Source: Lytechinus pictus
Lineage: Eukaryota
Direction: 5' to 3'
Assembly (NCBI RefSeq): GCF_037042905.1
Contig: NC_087245.1
Span: 1,550,001 to 1,614,000 of the forward strand
Length of the DNA stretch: 64,000 bases
Made by a program: the position numbers and the translations under genes. Below are positions 13,101 to 28,100 of this stretch, piece by piece (positions within the stretch are counted from its first letter, which is position 1; each line of letters begins with the position of its first letter). The notes beneath the pieces were generated by a model that had not been told where the DNA came from, did no database searches, and was given only the letters and a program-made list of their open reading frames with translations.

Positions 13101-16100
13101 AAATCTACTTGCTTCGCTTGCCTAAACTCCCGGCGCCCGAGTTGCTGCGCCTCAGCCTCCCAGTCTCACCGGCGCACCGCAAGTGCAGTGGTGGTTGCGG
13201 GTCGGGCGTATGCCGCCGTAAGCTTCGGCTCCGTTTTTGTCATGGCTGAAAATCTGCTTTCTTATGCCAACAAGCACTTATCTAATAAAGTTTATGATAT
13301 AACCTTGTCCTCAGTCACTACTCCTGTGTGGTGAAATATAAACATGAATAAGATGACAATGTTTGGCTTATTTTGATGCATATGATAGACTTGATATAAA
13401 TGATAAATAAATGTTAGATTTTTTTGCACTCAGTTTTTAATACAGTAGGCCAACTTGAATCTGAATTAATGATACAAAATATCCCTTGGCCCAAAACTCA
13501 ATTGTATTCTTGAAATTATTTTTTTTCTGATTAAAAAGAGAATCTTTCCAGAAACTTTCCAACAATAGAGGGCCTCACAATTTATTAAAAAATTAAATTA
13601 TTCCTAAGTCTATATAGATTTCAATGAAAACAAATCACACCTGAATGAAACTGGGTGTATTTTTTGTCACAAACGTGATATCTTCAAGACCTTTGTTTTA
13701 ATGTTTAATTGACAAATGATATTATATTACATATAAGTAGACTAACGTTACATGTAGGTCATCCTGTGGTATGGTAAATAGGGTAAATTTGCTTTAAAAG
13801 GGGTAGAGAAATGCTAATTTTACATGCAGAAAATGCAGAGTCCCTACCATGGGAGGGGGAAACCATCTCGCGCGCGACCCGTTCGGGGCCCTCGTGGCTT
13901 TGATACTGATTTTTTATTATCAAAGGTTGGCAGGTATGGGTATGTAGTAAAAACATTGGTAAATTGCCACTTGGTCTACTCTCAGTGGCCCACATTCTGA
14001 AGTCATGTTTAACTAAGACTACGGTCCAACCCTGTCCTAAAATTAAGGAAAGCCAAAACTGTCAAAATTGTCCTTACATTGTATGTTTCTTATGTTTACT
14101 GTGTTCTTTTGTAACTTGTGAAGGGTGAAGAAAGCTATCTTATTTATCCTTCTGAATGATTTGAGAGAAAATTAGCTGATATATTGAAATACTAGTGTTA
14201 TACTGTAAAAGTGGAAATTTTCGCGGATTTCGCAGCAAGATCGGCGAGCGCGAATTTATGGGCATCTATTTTAATGCAAGTTTTGAGCCGCGGTTCAATT
14301 GTGTGTATCGTTTTGAAAAAAAAAATGCATAATTTGACCTATAGAGGGCAACATTCATGCAAGCAAGCTTGAGCTCCAAAATCGTATGCTTTGCGAGAAT
14401 TTGTTCCAATGCGATATTTTTTTTTACAGTCACAGATCGGTATTGAAATTATGATTTTGCTTAAAATATAAGTTGCTTTTGCTGTTTGATTGGTGAGTGT
14501 TCAGACCTGTTTAGTTTTTTTAGAAGACGTCTTGTCGATCGCCCAGGTTTGTTGATTGATCCCATGCACTTTGAATAGCCGTAATCCCCCGGTCCTTACC
14601 CAGTGCTCGGCCGTCCATACCAGGCCAGCAGCGCCTCTGTTTTGCCTTCCCCGATGTCCACCCTGCAAAGAAAAGTTGCGCTAGATGTCACAAAAGCTCA
14701 TGATTGGACCAAAACAATGCTGAATTACGCCGCTTTAGAGCTAAAATAATGATCAGAAAATACAATTTCGTTGCTGAAATGTTAATTAAAACCATTCACA
14801 GATGGGGAAGGAGGAAGTGACTTTGTGATTATGGAGTGTGCAGCATGGATTCAAGAATTCGCGAATATGTTTTGAAGTCGCCAAGCGCGAAAAAATTAAT
14901 CCTGCGAAAATAACAGCGTTTACAGTAGATGTATGCCTGTATTGGCTATCCATAGTTAAACCACATATTTAAACCAGAGTTTAAATTAAACCTGATTTCA
15001 GAATATGGGCCACTTTGACTACCTTTGGTTTGTTCTCATTCCACGAGGTCTAATCTTAGTTTGTCTACAACTAGTGTGTATACTTACCATTTGGTCTGAG
15101 CCCATCCATTTATTGTTTGAAATAGATATCTGAAATGCAGATACTCTGAAATTCATTTTACCCAGTCGATCATGGGCCCAGCAGCTACTGTTCAGTGCCA
15201 GATTGACGTTGCTCTATCCCTTAAATCATTGAACGTCAAACAGGTTAGCAGCAACTTCCATCTTTAACCTCTTTTGGTCTGACGTGGCTTGGGTTTCAAC
15301 TCCTGAGCTGCCAGTTGTGAGACGGACACTCTATCAAGTGCAATATAAATTCTGTGGATTTTCATTCAGATATGCTTTACCCATTCACCCTGGCCTAACA
15401 CAACCTTGGTCTATGTAAATAGATGAACTGTTTATGAACCAAACTTTCATTTGACAAAGTGCAAAATGATATTAGATAAAGTGGAAATTAGACCAACTGG
15501 GTTTTAGTCAAAATGATATTTAGAACAAGTGATAATTGAAACAAACTGTAACTATACCAAGTCATAATAGACCAAGTGGGTTTGGCCATTATGGTATTAA
15601 ATGATCAGAGAATTAGTTCATCTGCATTTTCTTTTTTTTATTTATTGTTCATGTGTGGCTTATTATATGTATGACTATTTGAAGATCTACTTCACATGAA
15701 TAACAAAGTTGTTTTATATCCATATTATACTGACGGCCCTTTCCACTGCATTTCTTTTTTAATACAAGTCAAGATGAATTGGTTATCATGAATGTTATAC
15801 GTACTGAAGTAATAGTTGTATGAGTGACAGGTCTTGATTATTTTCGCCCATGTTCTGTGAGCGGAAAGAATCACAATATTTCAATTCTAACTTTTATTCT
15901 ACTTAACAAGGAAATATGTTTGATTGTGTTTGAAGCCTTACCAAAGCTAGACTTTGCATTTAAAACTTAAAATTTAATGCTCTCTCTAATTCTCTCATGG
16001 TGCCCGTAACACAAAGTTTTGAGATTGTTCATACAGTTGATATGTATTGTATAGAATGATCAATGTAAATTATGCAAATGAATCACTAAATGCTAAACTT

Positions 16101-19100
16101 GGTGATACAGGGTCAGGACACTAATTGCTTTGACTCAAAATATAGGACAAGTGTGAAACCTTTTTTCTCCCCCACCCTCTATCTTTCTATCTATTTCCGA
16201 TCAGGCTATGTGGATCGAAGCAATCCAGGGTTTATCTACCAGAACCTCCATTTCCACATGCAGAGCTGATTAAGAATGGCAGGTTAAAACACTTCCCAAG
16301 TGTGCATGGTAAGTTGCTTTTGATTGTACTATTACTATACACATAATGTACTCTTGTAATGCTTTTCACACTGTATTTCCTTAACCCCATACTATATTTT
16401 TTTTGGTTTCACACTGTCTTTCTTTACCCCATACTATTTGCTTGGCAGGGGGTTAACGCCTTAACCCCGGACTATCACGCAGCTCATGAATATTGATGAT
16501 TTTACCATACAGAGCATGATTAACGTGAGATTAGACTTCTTTGATTGGCCAATGCTTAGCCCCACTTTTCCTTAGCCCAGTTTCGTTTGTTTCACACTGT
16601 TTTAGTACCAAATGGTTCCGTCAAGTTGGCCCTCATTGTCAAATCTGTAATAAATGAAAAATGGTATAATTCAAACAATAAAAAACAAAAGAAATAGTGA
16701 GTGAGGGACATCATCGACTGTCTCATTTGCATGTCACTGTTTTGTGAAAGAAAGTGAAACTTTAAAATGTCATTACTTTCTTATTTTACATCCGATTTTG
16801 ATGAAATTTTCAGCATTATGCTACTTTGATTTTTCTCTATTTATTCATGTCAACATTTTTCTGGGGTTGACTTGACCTTTAATTGATGTTTGTCATAGAT
16901 ATGCATGGACAGGGTGCATAGCAATACATAATTCATGAAGCCCATATCTTTATTGTTGAATTACAAATATCAGAGTTTGTTTATGTATTTACAAAGAAAA
17001 TGTGCTCTGTGTTAAACCAAGAATTGAAAAGGAAACCGTCTTTGTTCCAGGTATGTCTTTTTTGCATGAATATGTAAAATTAAGCTGTTGAACTATCATA
17101 ATGCCTTTTGAATTCATTCAATGTAATAAAACTTTTTTAATTGATATCAAACATAATAGAACTGGATTACATCTGATTCAGATTGTATATTTAGTTCAAA
17201 AGTTATCTTCATTGTCTATTCATGCAGGTGAATTTAGCAACCAATTCAAAACACCCTGCGTTGTGTTCACTGGACACCCCTCTCTAAGAATGGGAGATGC
17301 CGTTCACTTCATGGAGATGTGGGGCAAGAATAGTAACAATACAGTCCTCTTTATTGGTGAGTTGGATATGGGCAATTCCAGCGTAACGGACATGACGTTC
17401 AGACAAATTTTTGTAATTCAAAGGTTTATACAGTAGAATTAGCAGTCTTTTGATAATTGCTACTGAGCTTATCAGACACATTTAAGTATCAGTTACATAC
17501 ACATGAAATTTCAAATCGTTTCGTTGAACAGTTGCGAAGAAATTGCACTCTTTGTCAGCGTAACGGACATGACACGAAATGGACGAAGCATTTTTACCTC
17601 CTATTGCTTATCAAAATTCCTGTGAATTCTTAGATTGCATGCACCTGACGCTGGTGTTAATTTAACCTTAAGATCATGCTCTATCCATAAAATGGTGTTT
17701 AACAAAAGTTTTACAGTGCATTCTGTATTCATAGCTCAAAATGTAGCGTAACGGACATGACACATGAAGCGTAACGGACATGACAGTTTCGTCCACTTTT
17801 TGTAAGCGAATATAATTATTTTATTACAAGATATGGTACAAGTCTAATTGGTTACTTGTTAAGGCTAGAGGTTAGAGACACACATCATAACTGGTAATCT
17901 GTAATATCTCCTATTATTTTGCAATTTGAGAGGGGGGCTTTGCGTACAATATTTATAAAACAAAAAAATATTTGGAAAAATTTCTTTTACACCAGTTAAC
18001 AACAGTTAATGATTATTTTCCAGTTACTACCATCCGCCACATCTAATTAAAAGAGAAAAAGTTGACAGTAAAGATTATTTTTTATTCATGGCTTACTATT
18101 TGACAATATACACTAGCGTAACGGACATGACACCCTTCCGAAGTGAACTTCATCAGCACTTCTTAGTTGCAAAATGAAAGAAATATGAATAATGAATGTA
18201 ATTATGTAACAGCAAAGTACCTTTCCTAACATTCTTAAGAAAAAAATGTAGATATTATTGGCACTTTTGGCAGGTATTATTAATTTAATAGCTATAGCCC
18301 ACATGATAATTTTATATAGAATACAATGCTTTAATAGTACCATAGGCACACTGAGAAGAGCAAATCAGATTTTTTGTGAGAAGAAAACAAAATGTACCAG
18401 ACCTGATTAAATCCAAGATGAACATACACCTGTATTATAAAATGTATTTTATGATAAAGAATATGTACTAGTATTAATGTCAAATTCAAGATTAAAAAAA
18501 TTATATTAAAAAGTATTTTAAATTTTAATAGCAGTACCTGGAAACCAGTCTTTCATTATCAATTATGTACGAGTTATAAGGTAATCGGAATGTTTGTAAA
18601 TCGCTTCTGAGATTTTTTTCATTCAAAATAAAGATCCTTGGTATAATCATCCTTTCATCAAATCTTGGATGTACTAAATCTTACGATCTTGCTTGCTGAC
18701 AAATGTGGCTGTATCTAATTTCATTGTATTGTCTGCGCTGCTTGTGTACAAACGAAGATACATCATTCAAATCATGATTATGGCTGACCAAAATACTATG
18801 ATGACATAATTTATTGATCGCGCCACATTCCTTCCACAGCCTCTTTGCTTTGTGATATGAAGAAGTGCCACTGTAGATTCATGGATTCATAGAGCTACAT
18901 CATGTAACACAGATATCTGAATATTTACAAACTTGTTTTAAATGTGAGCCAGTGCCATCACTGAAGAAGTTGAGGGTTGGTGAAAGTCAGATACTTTGAA
19001 GCAATGTCATCAAAGATCTCATGAATTCACAAGTTGGAGTTTTATCATGCTCCAAACTGTCAGTGCAAACACCTAAAGATAATCAATTATTGTTCAAACA

Positions 19101-22100
19101 CAAATGATGCAGATTGTGATCTGAGTATGTTGCCAGATTTAGCTGCATCTTATCCTAATATTATGTGGCAGACCGTTAATTCTCAGAAAAATATACCAGA
19201 ACAAGAGCTGAACTTTCATCATTTACCAACTTCTAAAAATAGCTAGAATGACATGCAGATTCTAGGAGTTATTACATCCAGCTATCCTCAAGCAATTGAG
19301 ACTGACCACAGTCTGTGACACTGAGCCTAATATTTTGTTTTTGTGAATGCTGCCTTTTGTCATATATTAGGTGTCATGTCCGTTACGCGAATTGTCATGT
19401 CCGTTACGCCATTTTTATGAAAATGAGAAGTGGTCAGGGAAAATGATTGCTACACATGGTAGGGGGTTTAATTCTAACATAGAATCTGAATCTGCAGTAC
19501 CTTCAGACAAATTTCCTGTAAGCTGTGAAAACTTTAAGTGAAAAACGTAACGGACATGACACTGATAATGGTAAAGAAATCACATTAATCTGAAGATCGA
19601 TTTCTCTAAAATTGATGAATGGCATGAAATATAACAATGATTTTCTGTTGATTTAAACATTAATCATCGATACAAAAGTTAAAAGAGACCTGTGGGACCT
19701 TATTTGCTTTTAGTAGAGACAGGAAAGATGAATTGTTTAAAAATAGCCACATTTTTTAGATTTTGCAATTTATTATTTTATTTTTTTGATGATGGAAAAA
19801 CACAAAATTTTATCAATATTGTGATTTTTCTATTGGAAATTGAAACTTTATAGATTACTTTTTAAGAAAATTTGACTGCTTAAGTGAAATCTGAAACTTC
19901 ATTTTTTCTCGAAAGTGAACATTTTCCATGGAATTGCCCATATACAGTACGATATACCTTTAGACTAGCTAGGATGTTCTAAGGATTACCTGCCTTTAAC
20001 ATTTGCCATGCTGCTTTTGCCATCATTTTTTCAAATGTCACTCATAAATCCCATAGATCTGCAGTTTAACTGGCACATCAAGGGTTAAAGACTAAATTTG
20101 TTTAAATGTAGTTTAATTGGAGAATTTGCGAGTGGATGCTCGTCCAGTAAGATCAGCAGCTGAAGACTACTTTTGTTGTTCTTTGAGAGATCTATGATAT
20201 CTTTACACTGGTTTTTACAATATTTTGGGATATAATTATAAGTTTTCAATATATCGCATGCCTCTAAGTGGAAAGCGATCACTTTTAACTGCTGAACCAG
20301 AGAAGAAAGATGGTTGTTATTGAAAAATCAATCCCACAAATGTTGTAAAGAGTTTGGTCATCTATACATGTAAACTACTCTAATAAACTGATAATATTCT
20401 GATCTTTATAATTGTTTCAATTTAAAAGTGGTATTTATTGATATAACAAACATGACATACATATTTGGCAATTGCACATAAATAGAGAACCGTTTACAGA
20501 AAGAATGTTCTGTTTACATGTTTATTAGGGCAATAATATATAGATAGAGTAGCATTCTTGACATGTGCATGTGATGTAACTATTTGTGAATACTGGATTT
20601 TGAAACAGAAGGGGCGCAAATGGCTCATTTGAACATAGAGGGGGCAGAGATTAAATTTTTTTTAGATTTAGCTATAATATAAAAATGTATGTTGAATGGA
20701 TGATGCTTGAAATATAGAGGGGCATGCTCCGCCTTGATCTGCCTTTGATGTACATGTAACTATACCCTAAAATAATCTTACATATTCATTGTTGAATAGA
20801 GCCTGAGTTTGCCTACCTGGATGCTTTGGCCCCGTACCAACCGTTAGCAATGAAGGCTTGCTACTGTCCTATTGATACAGCTCTTACCTTTCCTCAGGCA
20901 AACAAGTTGATTAAAGATCTCAAGGTAAGAACAAAATCAACGTATTAGTTTAACACCCCCCCCCCCCCTCTAGTGATCTGATAATTATCCATCATCAAAT
21001 GTGATATTACTGACAGTGTTGTAAAATTGAATATGATTTTATTTGCCTTTTCATTGTCATGAATATCATCAGAGTTAATCAATTATCATCATTAGCAGAA
21101 AAATTAGCTATAATAGTGATTGGATTTATATAGAACTTTTTCCAAAGGATACAAAGTGCTGTTTGAGGCATAAAGCAAGTTAAGATTTATAATTTCATAG
21201 GTGTTTTTTTAGACGCTTTTTGATAAGAAGCTTTGGGAAGTCTATCAAAAATAACAGTTATGATTTTACAGCTTGAAGTTTTAATTTTGTAATTTCACAT
21301 GCAAGCACCTACCCAATGTTTTTATATATGCCATGAATTTCTGCATAATGGTTTTTGGGTTTTGATTTTTTTTAAATAGAATCATGTATAACATTGTTTG
21401 TCTAATTATGTATGAAATGCAGCACTTTTCTGAGAAATGAACAATATTTGAAAGTAGGTATTACATGTATATTGATATTGGTACTGTTTTAATGTATTAT
21501 ATTAGGGAGCTGCTGGCATTTAACATCACATAATATATTTCATACAATTTCTCTTAGTTTCCATCTTTTATAAAAACTAATTGATTTAAGAGTGAAGAAT
21601 TCAGAACAAAAATGTCATTTTTTTAGCAGATATCACCAAATTATCTTCTGACGGTTTATTTCAAAATTAATCTATCATTGAAGAGTTTTAGTGTTTCATC
21701 TAAATTTTATCTTATTTGACAGCCTCTACAAGTGGTCTTACCTGAATCTTACACCAATCCACCAGAATCTCATCCGTTGAGAACAGATCTTGTTGTAGAA
21801 GTGGTATGTAGTAATCTAACAATGTTAGTCCTTTGGGTGACAAGGCCACATAAACACATAAAATGCATAAGCTTTTTACCTCGGGGAAGGTATTTTGTTC
21901 TTGACAAACGTTGTGTGACGTTTTGGCTAGCAATATCATCTGACTTAAGAAAAATGTTCTAAAGCTTATAGAATATCATTGGGGAAGATTCCTTAGACGA
22001 TCACAATTCTAAGATAAATGCTCAAACTCTTGCAAAAAGCTTATCTTGTTTATGGAATACAGGCCCTGATTTTGTCAAGAAACCATTTATTGAAAAGAAA

Positions 22101-25100
22101 CATGCCCCATAATTGATGGAATGATACCTACCTTTCCAATAAATACCATGCTATTGTGAATTTTTCATTAAAAAGATTGATATATATATTTTTCTGTGTG
22201 ATAGGAGCCTGCAGCTACACCATACAATCGTGATGATGTCATTGGGTTACTAGTGAAGAGGAGATATGAGAAGGTTGAGATTACACCTGAGGTAAATATA
22301 GGGGATACCTGAAAATAATAATAAAGTGATTTGGGTGCTGCTCTACACAGGATGGATAGTTATACGAAAACACTGTGTAATGAACTGTACATTGTTTCAT
22401 ATGGTAAAGTTATTATCTCACACTCCATCCATGGCTGAAGATACGTTGTTCTGAGATGAAAACTATCTTTAACTGCAACATCAAGTTTGGCTGATGTAGT
22501 TACTGATAAATTTCTATTTATTTTTACTACTGTGGTGTTAGCAACATACAATCATCTCTATATCAAATTTTCATAAACCTATTTATATATGCTAAATTGC
22601 CATAGCTTGCATTCAGACAAGGCCTCATGTCTGATATGATGTGTATATAAAGCAAGTGACTTATAAAAAGACTAGTCGCCTAAGCCCTAAAATGCCATCC
22701 ACAGATCCTTTAGGAACCTGGCTGGATTTCTTGTGTTAATCATCGTTTCCAGTTTGAATCTCCTACCACAGATGCCGGCGTCAAGCAACAAATGTATCAT
22801 TGCATCAATGAACCCCACATCACAGAAGTGAACATACTGGGTCTCGTCTTACAAAGAGTTACGATTGATTAAATCAATCTCAACTGTGTGGAAATCCAAG
22901 AAAACAAACAGAATCACACTGAATCCTCAAGAGAACGATGAATGTATGAATATACATCATGTTTAGAAAATATTTTGAACAAATTTGCTTTGTAAATGTT
23001 GACGTTGCTGGTCGACCATAGTTTCGGTTGATCAGATCAATCGCAACTCTTTGTAAGAGGGGGGCCCTGGTTGCATGAAGTCATCAGAATTGACATTGTG
23101 GAGTGGCACATTGGCATGTACTCTTGAATAATACATACCTTCACTGCCAGAATCTAAAAGGTCTTGAGACTTTCACTGGGTCAGATAGTGTACTGGCCTG
23201 GCCTGTCTCAGTGTGGCTTGGAATATAAGAAGAACCAAACCCATGAGGCCTTGTCATAAGAATGATATAGTGGGAAGTTTTTCAGCAGTGGATCCAGAAT
23301 TTGGCAAATTCAAAGCAGTGATATTCATCATGTTTTCTCATGTCTTTCATCGTGCAGGTTGCCAGCAGTCTATCTCCAGTAGAACTTCAACCAGGTGTCT
23401 TGGTGTCTACTGTCACTGGTCAACTTAATCTCCATGACAACAAGTTTATTCTAGAGGTAAGAAACAGTACTTTTTATCTTTTTCGCCATGGAAAGCTTCA
23501 GAAGTTACAACAAGTAATATGTTAGGGTTTTTTGTCTCACCTGCATAGCAGAGTGAGACTAAAGGCGCCGCTTTTCCGACGGCGGTGGCGACGGCGGCGG
23601 CGGCGTCAACACCAAATCTTAACTGAAGGTTAAATTTTTTAAATGACAGCATAACTTAGAAAGTATATGGACCTAGTTCATGAAAAGGTCATAAGGTTAA
23701 TCAAGTATAAGTAAACATCCTGCCTGAGTTTCATGTCACATGACCAAGGTCAAAGGTCATTTAGGGTCAATGAACTTAGACCATGTTGGGGGAATCAACA
23801 TCAAAATCTTAACCTAAGGTTAAGTTTTTGAAATGTCATCAAAGGTTAATCAAGTATCACTTAACATCCTGCATGAGTTTCACGTCACATGACCAAGGTC
23901 AAAGGTCATTTAGGGTCAATGAACTTTGGCCGAATTGGGGGTATCTGTTGAATTACCATCATAACTTTGAAAGTTTATGGATCTGTGCATGAAACTTAAA
24001 CATAATAGTAATCAAGTATCACTGAACATCCTGTGCAAGTTTCAGGTCACATGATTAAGGTCAAAGGTCATTTAGGGTCAATGAACTTTGGCCAAATTGG
24101 GGGTATTTGTTGAATTACCATCATACCTTTGAAAGTATATTGGTCTAGTTCATAAAACGTGGACATAAGAGTAATCAAGTATCACTGAACATCCTGTGCG
24201 CATTTCAGGTCACATGACCAAGGTCAAAGGTCAATGAACTATGGCCTTAATGGGGGGTATCTGTTGAATTACCATCATAACTTTGAAAGTTTATGGATCT
24301 GACCATGACGAAAACTTCCGTTTGAGAACACTATACCCCAGTTTCCCTTCTCATCAATTCTCTTCTCCAAGTATGACAAACCCTAACTGCCCCAAGCAAG
24401 CAATTTAAGTATCAAAACACCTGTTCCTTGACGTCGGTCCGAAGATAACACAGCAGGGGGCCACACACGATGGGATGCATGCGCAGCGCTGAGATCGGTC
24501 CCAGCAAAGCATGCCGTCATTTTTATTCGCTTACTTTCCTTATTTCGAGGTCGATTTTCTTCGTTCGAAATTGAAAATGGACTAACATTGGATTACTGAA
24601 TACAATATGCCTTTGAAAACGTGATTAAATATCGAATACAATAATTTCATTCTGAAGGTCCTACTACAGGCAGAGAAGTCTTACGTAATAGCACAGCTGT
24701 TGTTTATCTTTTCGTCCTTTGCTCAACGCTCATATACTGGCCTGTGGAGGTGAAATTGAGACAGCGGGGATTACCCCAGGATTACCTGGCCAAGCACGGT
24801 TGATAAGGGCTTGGAAATGATTTTTGGGAGATCCAAATGGAAAATGGGGTATAACACCGCAGTTTGCAATCTGAACTGCGGTCTTTCTCCAAACGGGGGT
24901 TTGACGTTATGCTCATGAAACTTGGACATAAGAGTAATCAAGTATCACTGAACATCCTGTGCGAGTTTTAGGTCACATGTTCAAGGTCAAAGGTCATGTA
25001 AGGTCAATGAACTTCGGCCATGTTGGGGGTATTTGTTGAATTACCATCATATCTCTGTAAGTGTATTGGTCTAGTTCATAAAACGTGGACATAAGAGTAA

Positions 25101-28100
25101 CCAAGTATCACTGAACATCTTGTGCGAGTTATAGTATTTTTCAAAGTCAGCACTGCTGCTATATTGAATCACGTGACGCAGGTGAGACCGCCAGAGGCAT
25201 TCCACTTGTTTTATCATAGTTCCTGTTTTTGTCAAATGCTTTAAAACTTTCAAAAGGGTTTAAAAGCAGTGTCTGGTGTTATATTTTGAAGAGGGGGAAT
25301 GCCAGATATTGAAAATAATGAATTTATCACTCAAATTTAGAATTCTCATTAGCTTATACGGAATTGGGTAAACTTTAAAAACTCACTCATCTTCATTAGG
25401 ATAAGGATCATTTGAAATATTCAAGTAAATAAACCAGATGGTTACGTTCTTATTTCTTTTCTTTTTTGTTTGAAGGATAAGGCAGTTTCTTTTTTGGGGG
25501 GATTTCCTTATGACAAACTACCTCACAACTCTTGGCCTTCATTAGAAATTCATATAATCATGAAGCAGATAGTGATTTCAGTGTTGTAACATCTAGATAA
25601 TGGTGAGATGATTGATTTTGGTGTTATTGGTTGACTTAATAGCAATGTTTTCTATTTTCAGGAGCTGCCTTCACCTCAAGCCAGCCTACAGCTTGGCCCT
25701 GGTCAACCTCAGAGAAAGAGAAAACGAGAAGAAGAGACCACACCCAAAGTGTTTACCTCTCATCCTAAGAACTATGTCTATGGTAACATTGACATGGAGG
25801 AATTTGTCCAGAGTCTTGCCTCGGTATGAATGCCTATTGATCTCATTGATCGAACCTTTAAGAATTTTTTTTACTCAACTTGTGTACTTGCTTTAAATCA
25901 AAACAAAAATAGTATTTTGTTTTCATAATTCAATTCAGGTCAATTTACTTATTAGATAAAAATCACACGAGAAAATATATACATTGTAAAATGTGAGGAT
26001 TAAACACCCTCGAAAACCAGTGGCTTGGAAAGCATGGGGTTCCATAACAAATAAATGAAAGTTATACAAATACAGCAAATGAATACAGTTTGAATAAAAC
26101 ACAAGTACAATATTCACAATACATGACAAAACAAGACAAAACAATAATATATCATGAAACTAATTCTCAGACATTTTCAGGATTGTAGTATCAGGATGAT
26201 GAGCAATTTGCAAGCATGCAGATGAAGTAGTGTATGCGCATGCACCATATAAATGAAATGTCTCCAAAGTACTGTATCTCGGAAGAACTATTATCAACAT
26301 GTTGAAAATCATTAACAATTTCCTTGAAATTATGAATGTGTCATGTTTATTTTAGTGTTTCAAGTTTGTATATATCGTTCTAAGATTACCAACATGAATT
26401 CATATATATTTATTAATTAAAAAAGTATTTCCCTTTTGTATTCTCATTTCCTTTTGTGCCCATCCAAAAGTATTGATGAAGATTTGTCCTTGAGATGCAA
26501 AATTTTGCAGATCAATGCCCCCCTACCCCACATACACAAACATTTTCTGGAGAATTAATAGTTGTCTGATATGTTAAATCTCTTTCTTTATAGAATGGCA
26601 TTGCTGATGTTAAGGTAGAAAGCACTGGATCAGGTCATATAGTTCACTTGGTAAGACAATATTGCCTCCCATATGCAATTCATCATACAGTTCATTTGAT
26701 CAATATAATCAAGCATGAAAGTCATCAATTTGTATTACAAAGCCCAGAAGCTTTACCATTTGCAGGATTGTTAAAGAAGAAAAAAATCCTACATTTAACC
26801 CTAACTAGGCCGGGCTTTTTTGGCTGTTCTTTGGCCGGGGGGGGGGGGGGGGGTTGATTCAACCCCCCCCCCCCCCCCCCGAGATCTCGGCCGCCGATCG
26901 CGCGAGCGCCGCAAAAATTTGCACGCTGGTAGTGTGCGATGTAATCTACAAGGCTGTAAAATTTTCCAAAATAATGAGATTTTATTTTATATGAATTAAT
27001 TATGCAAATTTATGCATAAATCATACTTTTTGCTCTAATTCACTAAATAAAGCTCCTAGAATGCTAATTTTTGGTAAAAATATTCTTTGTAGCATTCTTA
27101 ACAATCGCAATTGAAAAAAACTTCGGTTTGGAAATCGATTTCTATTGTATTTTATTGTTTTATGAATTTCTTATGTATTTCTTTGTTTTTCAACCTTTTG
27201 TTTTACTTTGTTTTTTCACCAGATTTATTGCACAACCTTTTTGAAGCATAATTATGCTAAAATCAATTGATTTCAGCTGTTTAAAGTAAAAATAATCATA
27301 TCTTTATGAATAAGATGAGAAAACTCAATTTGCATTGACTTTGTACACAAAATCACGTTTTGGAACAATTTTTGGTCTAACATGCACTTACGAAATGTTG
27401 CGTAATTTCGGAACCGCGTACCCGGGCGTCGTAAATTTGGTCTCAAAAGATGCGAGACTTAAAAGTATAAACTCTGCGAGTGGCGCGGTCAAAAAAATTC
27501 GCGCGGCGGAATGATCGCAGAAAATGTTGAGGGGGGGGGGTTGATTAATCAACCCCCCCCCCTGCCTGTTTAGGGTTAAAGCAAATTTTTTACTGATCAA
27601 TTTATAAAAATCATTTTACATTTTTTTTACAAAGTTGTTTTTATTTTGGTTGGGTTGAGTTCATTTCTGTCATCTTTTTGAGGAACGAAGTCCTGTTTTG
27701 AATATTTTAATATAGTTGCTGTTTTGATTGTCAGTTGCATTACAATAAATGACTTGTCTGAGTGCCAAAATTTAAATAATAGTAATAATTATAATATTAA
27801 TAACAATTTTCTACACCTGCATGGAGAGAGGCAAATATAAAAAGACACCTTGCCAAAGAGCATGAGTACTGCAGTGGGATTCGAACCCTGGACCTTGTGG
27901 TTCATAGTCCTCAACACCTCTGCAAAGGTCCTGAAGACAAAATAATTTTGTAATAATAATTTGAATGACTTGGTCAATTTTAGGCTGAGTATGATGCGTT
28001 TTCCTTGAGAGACAGGTTCCATTTATTAAAATGTGATGTTTCTTTCATTATTTTATTGCATTATTTTGTAGCACAATATATGAAGAAGTCTAATTACTCT

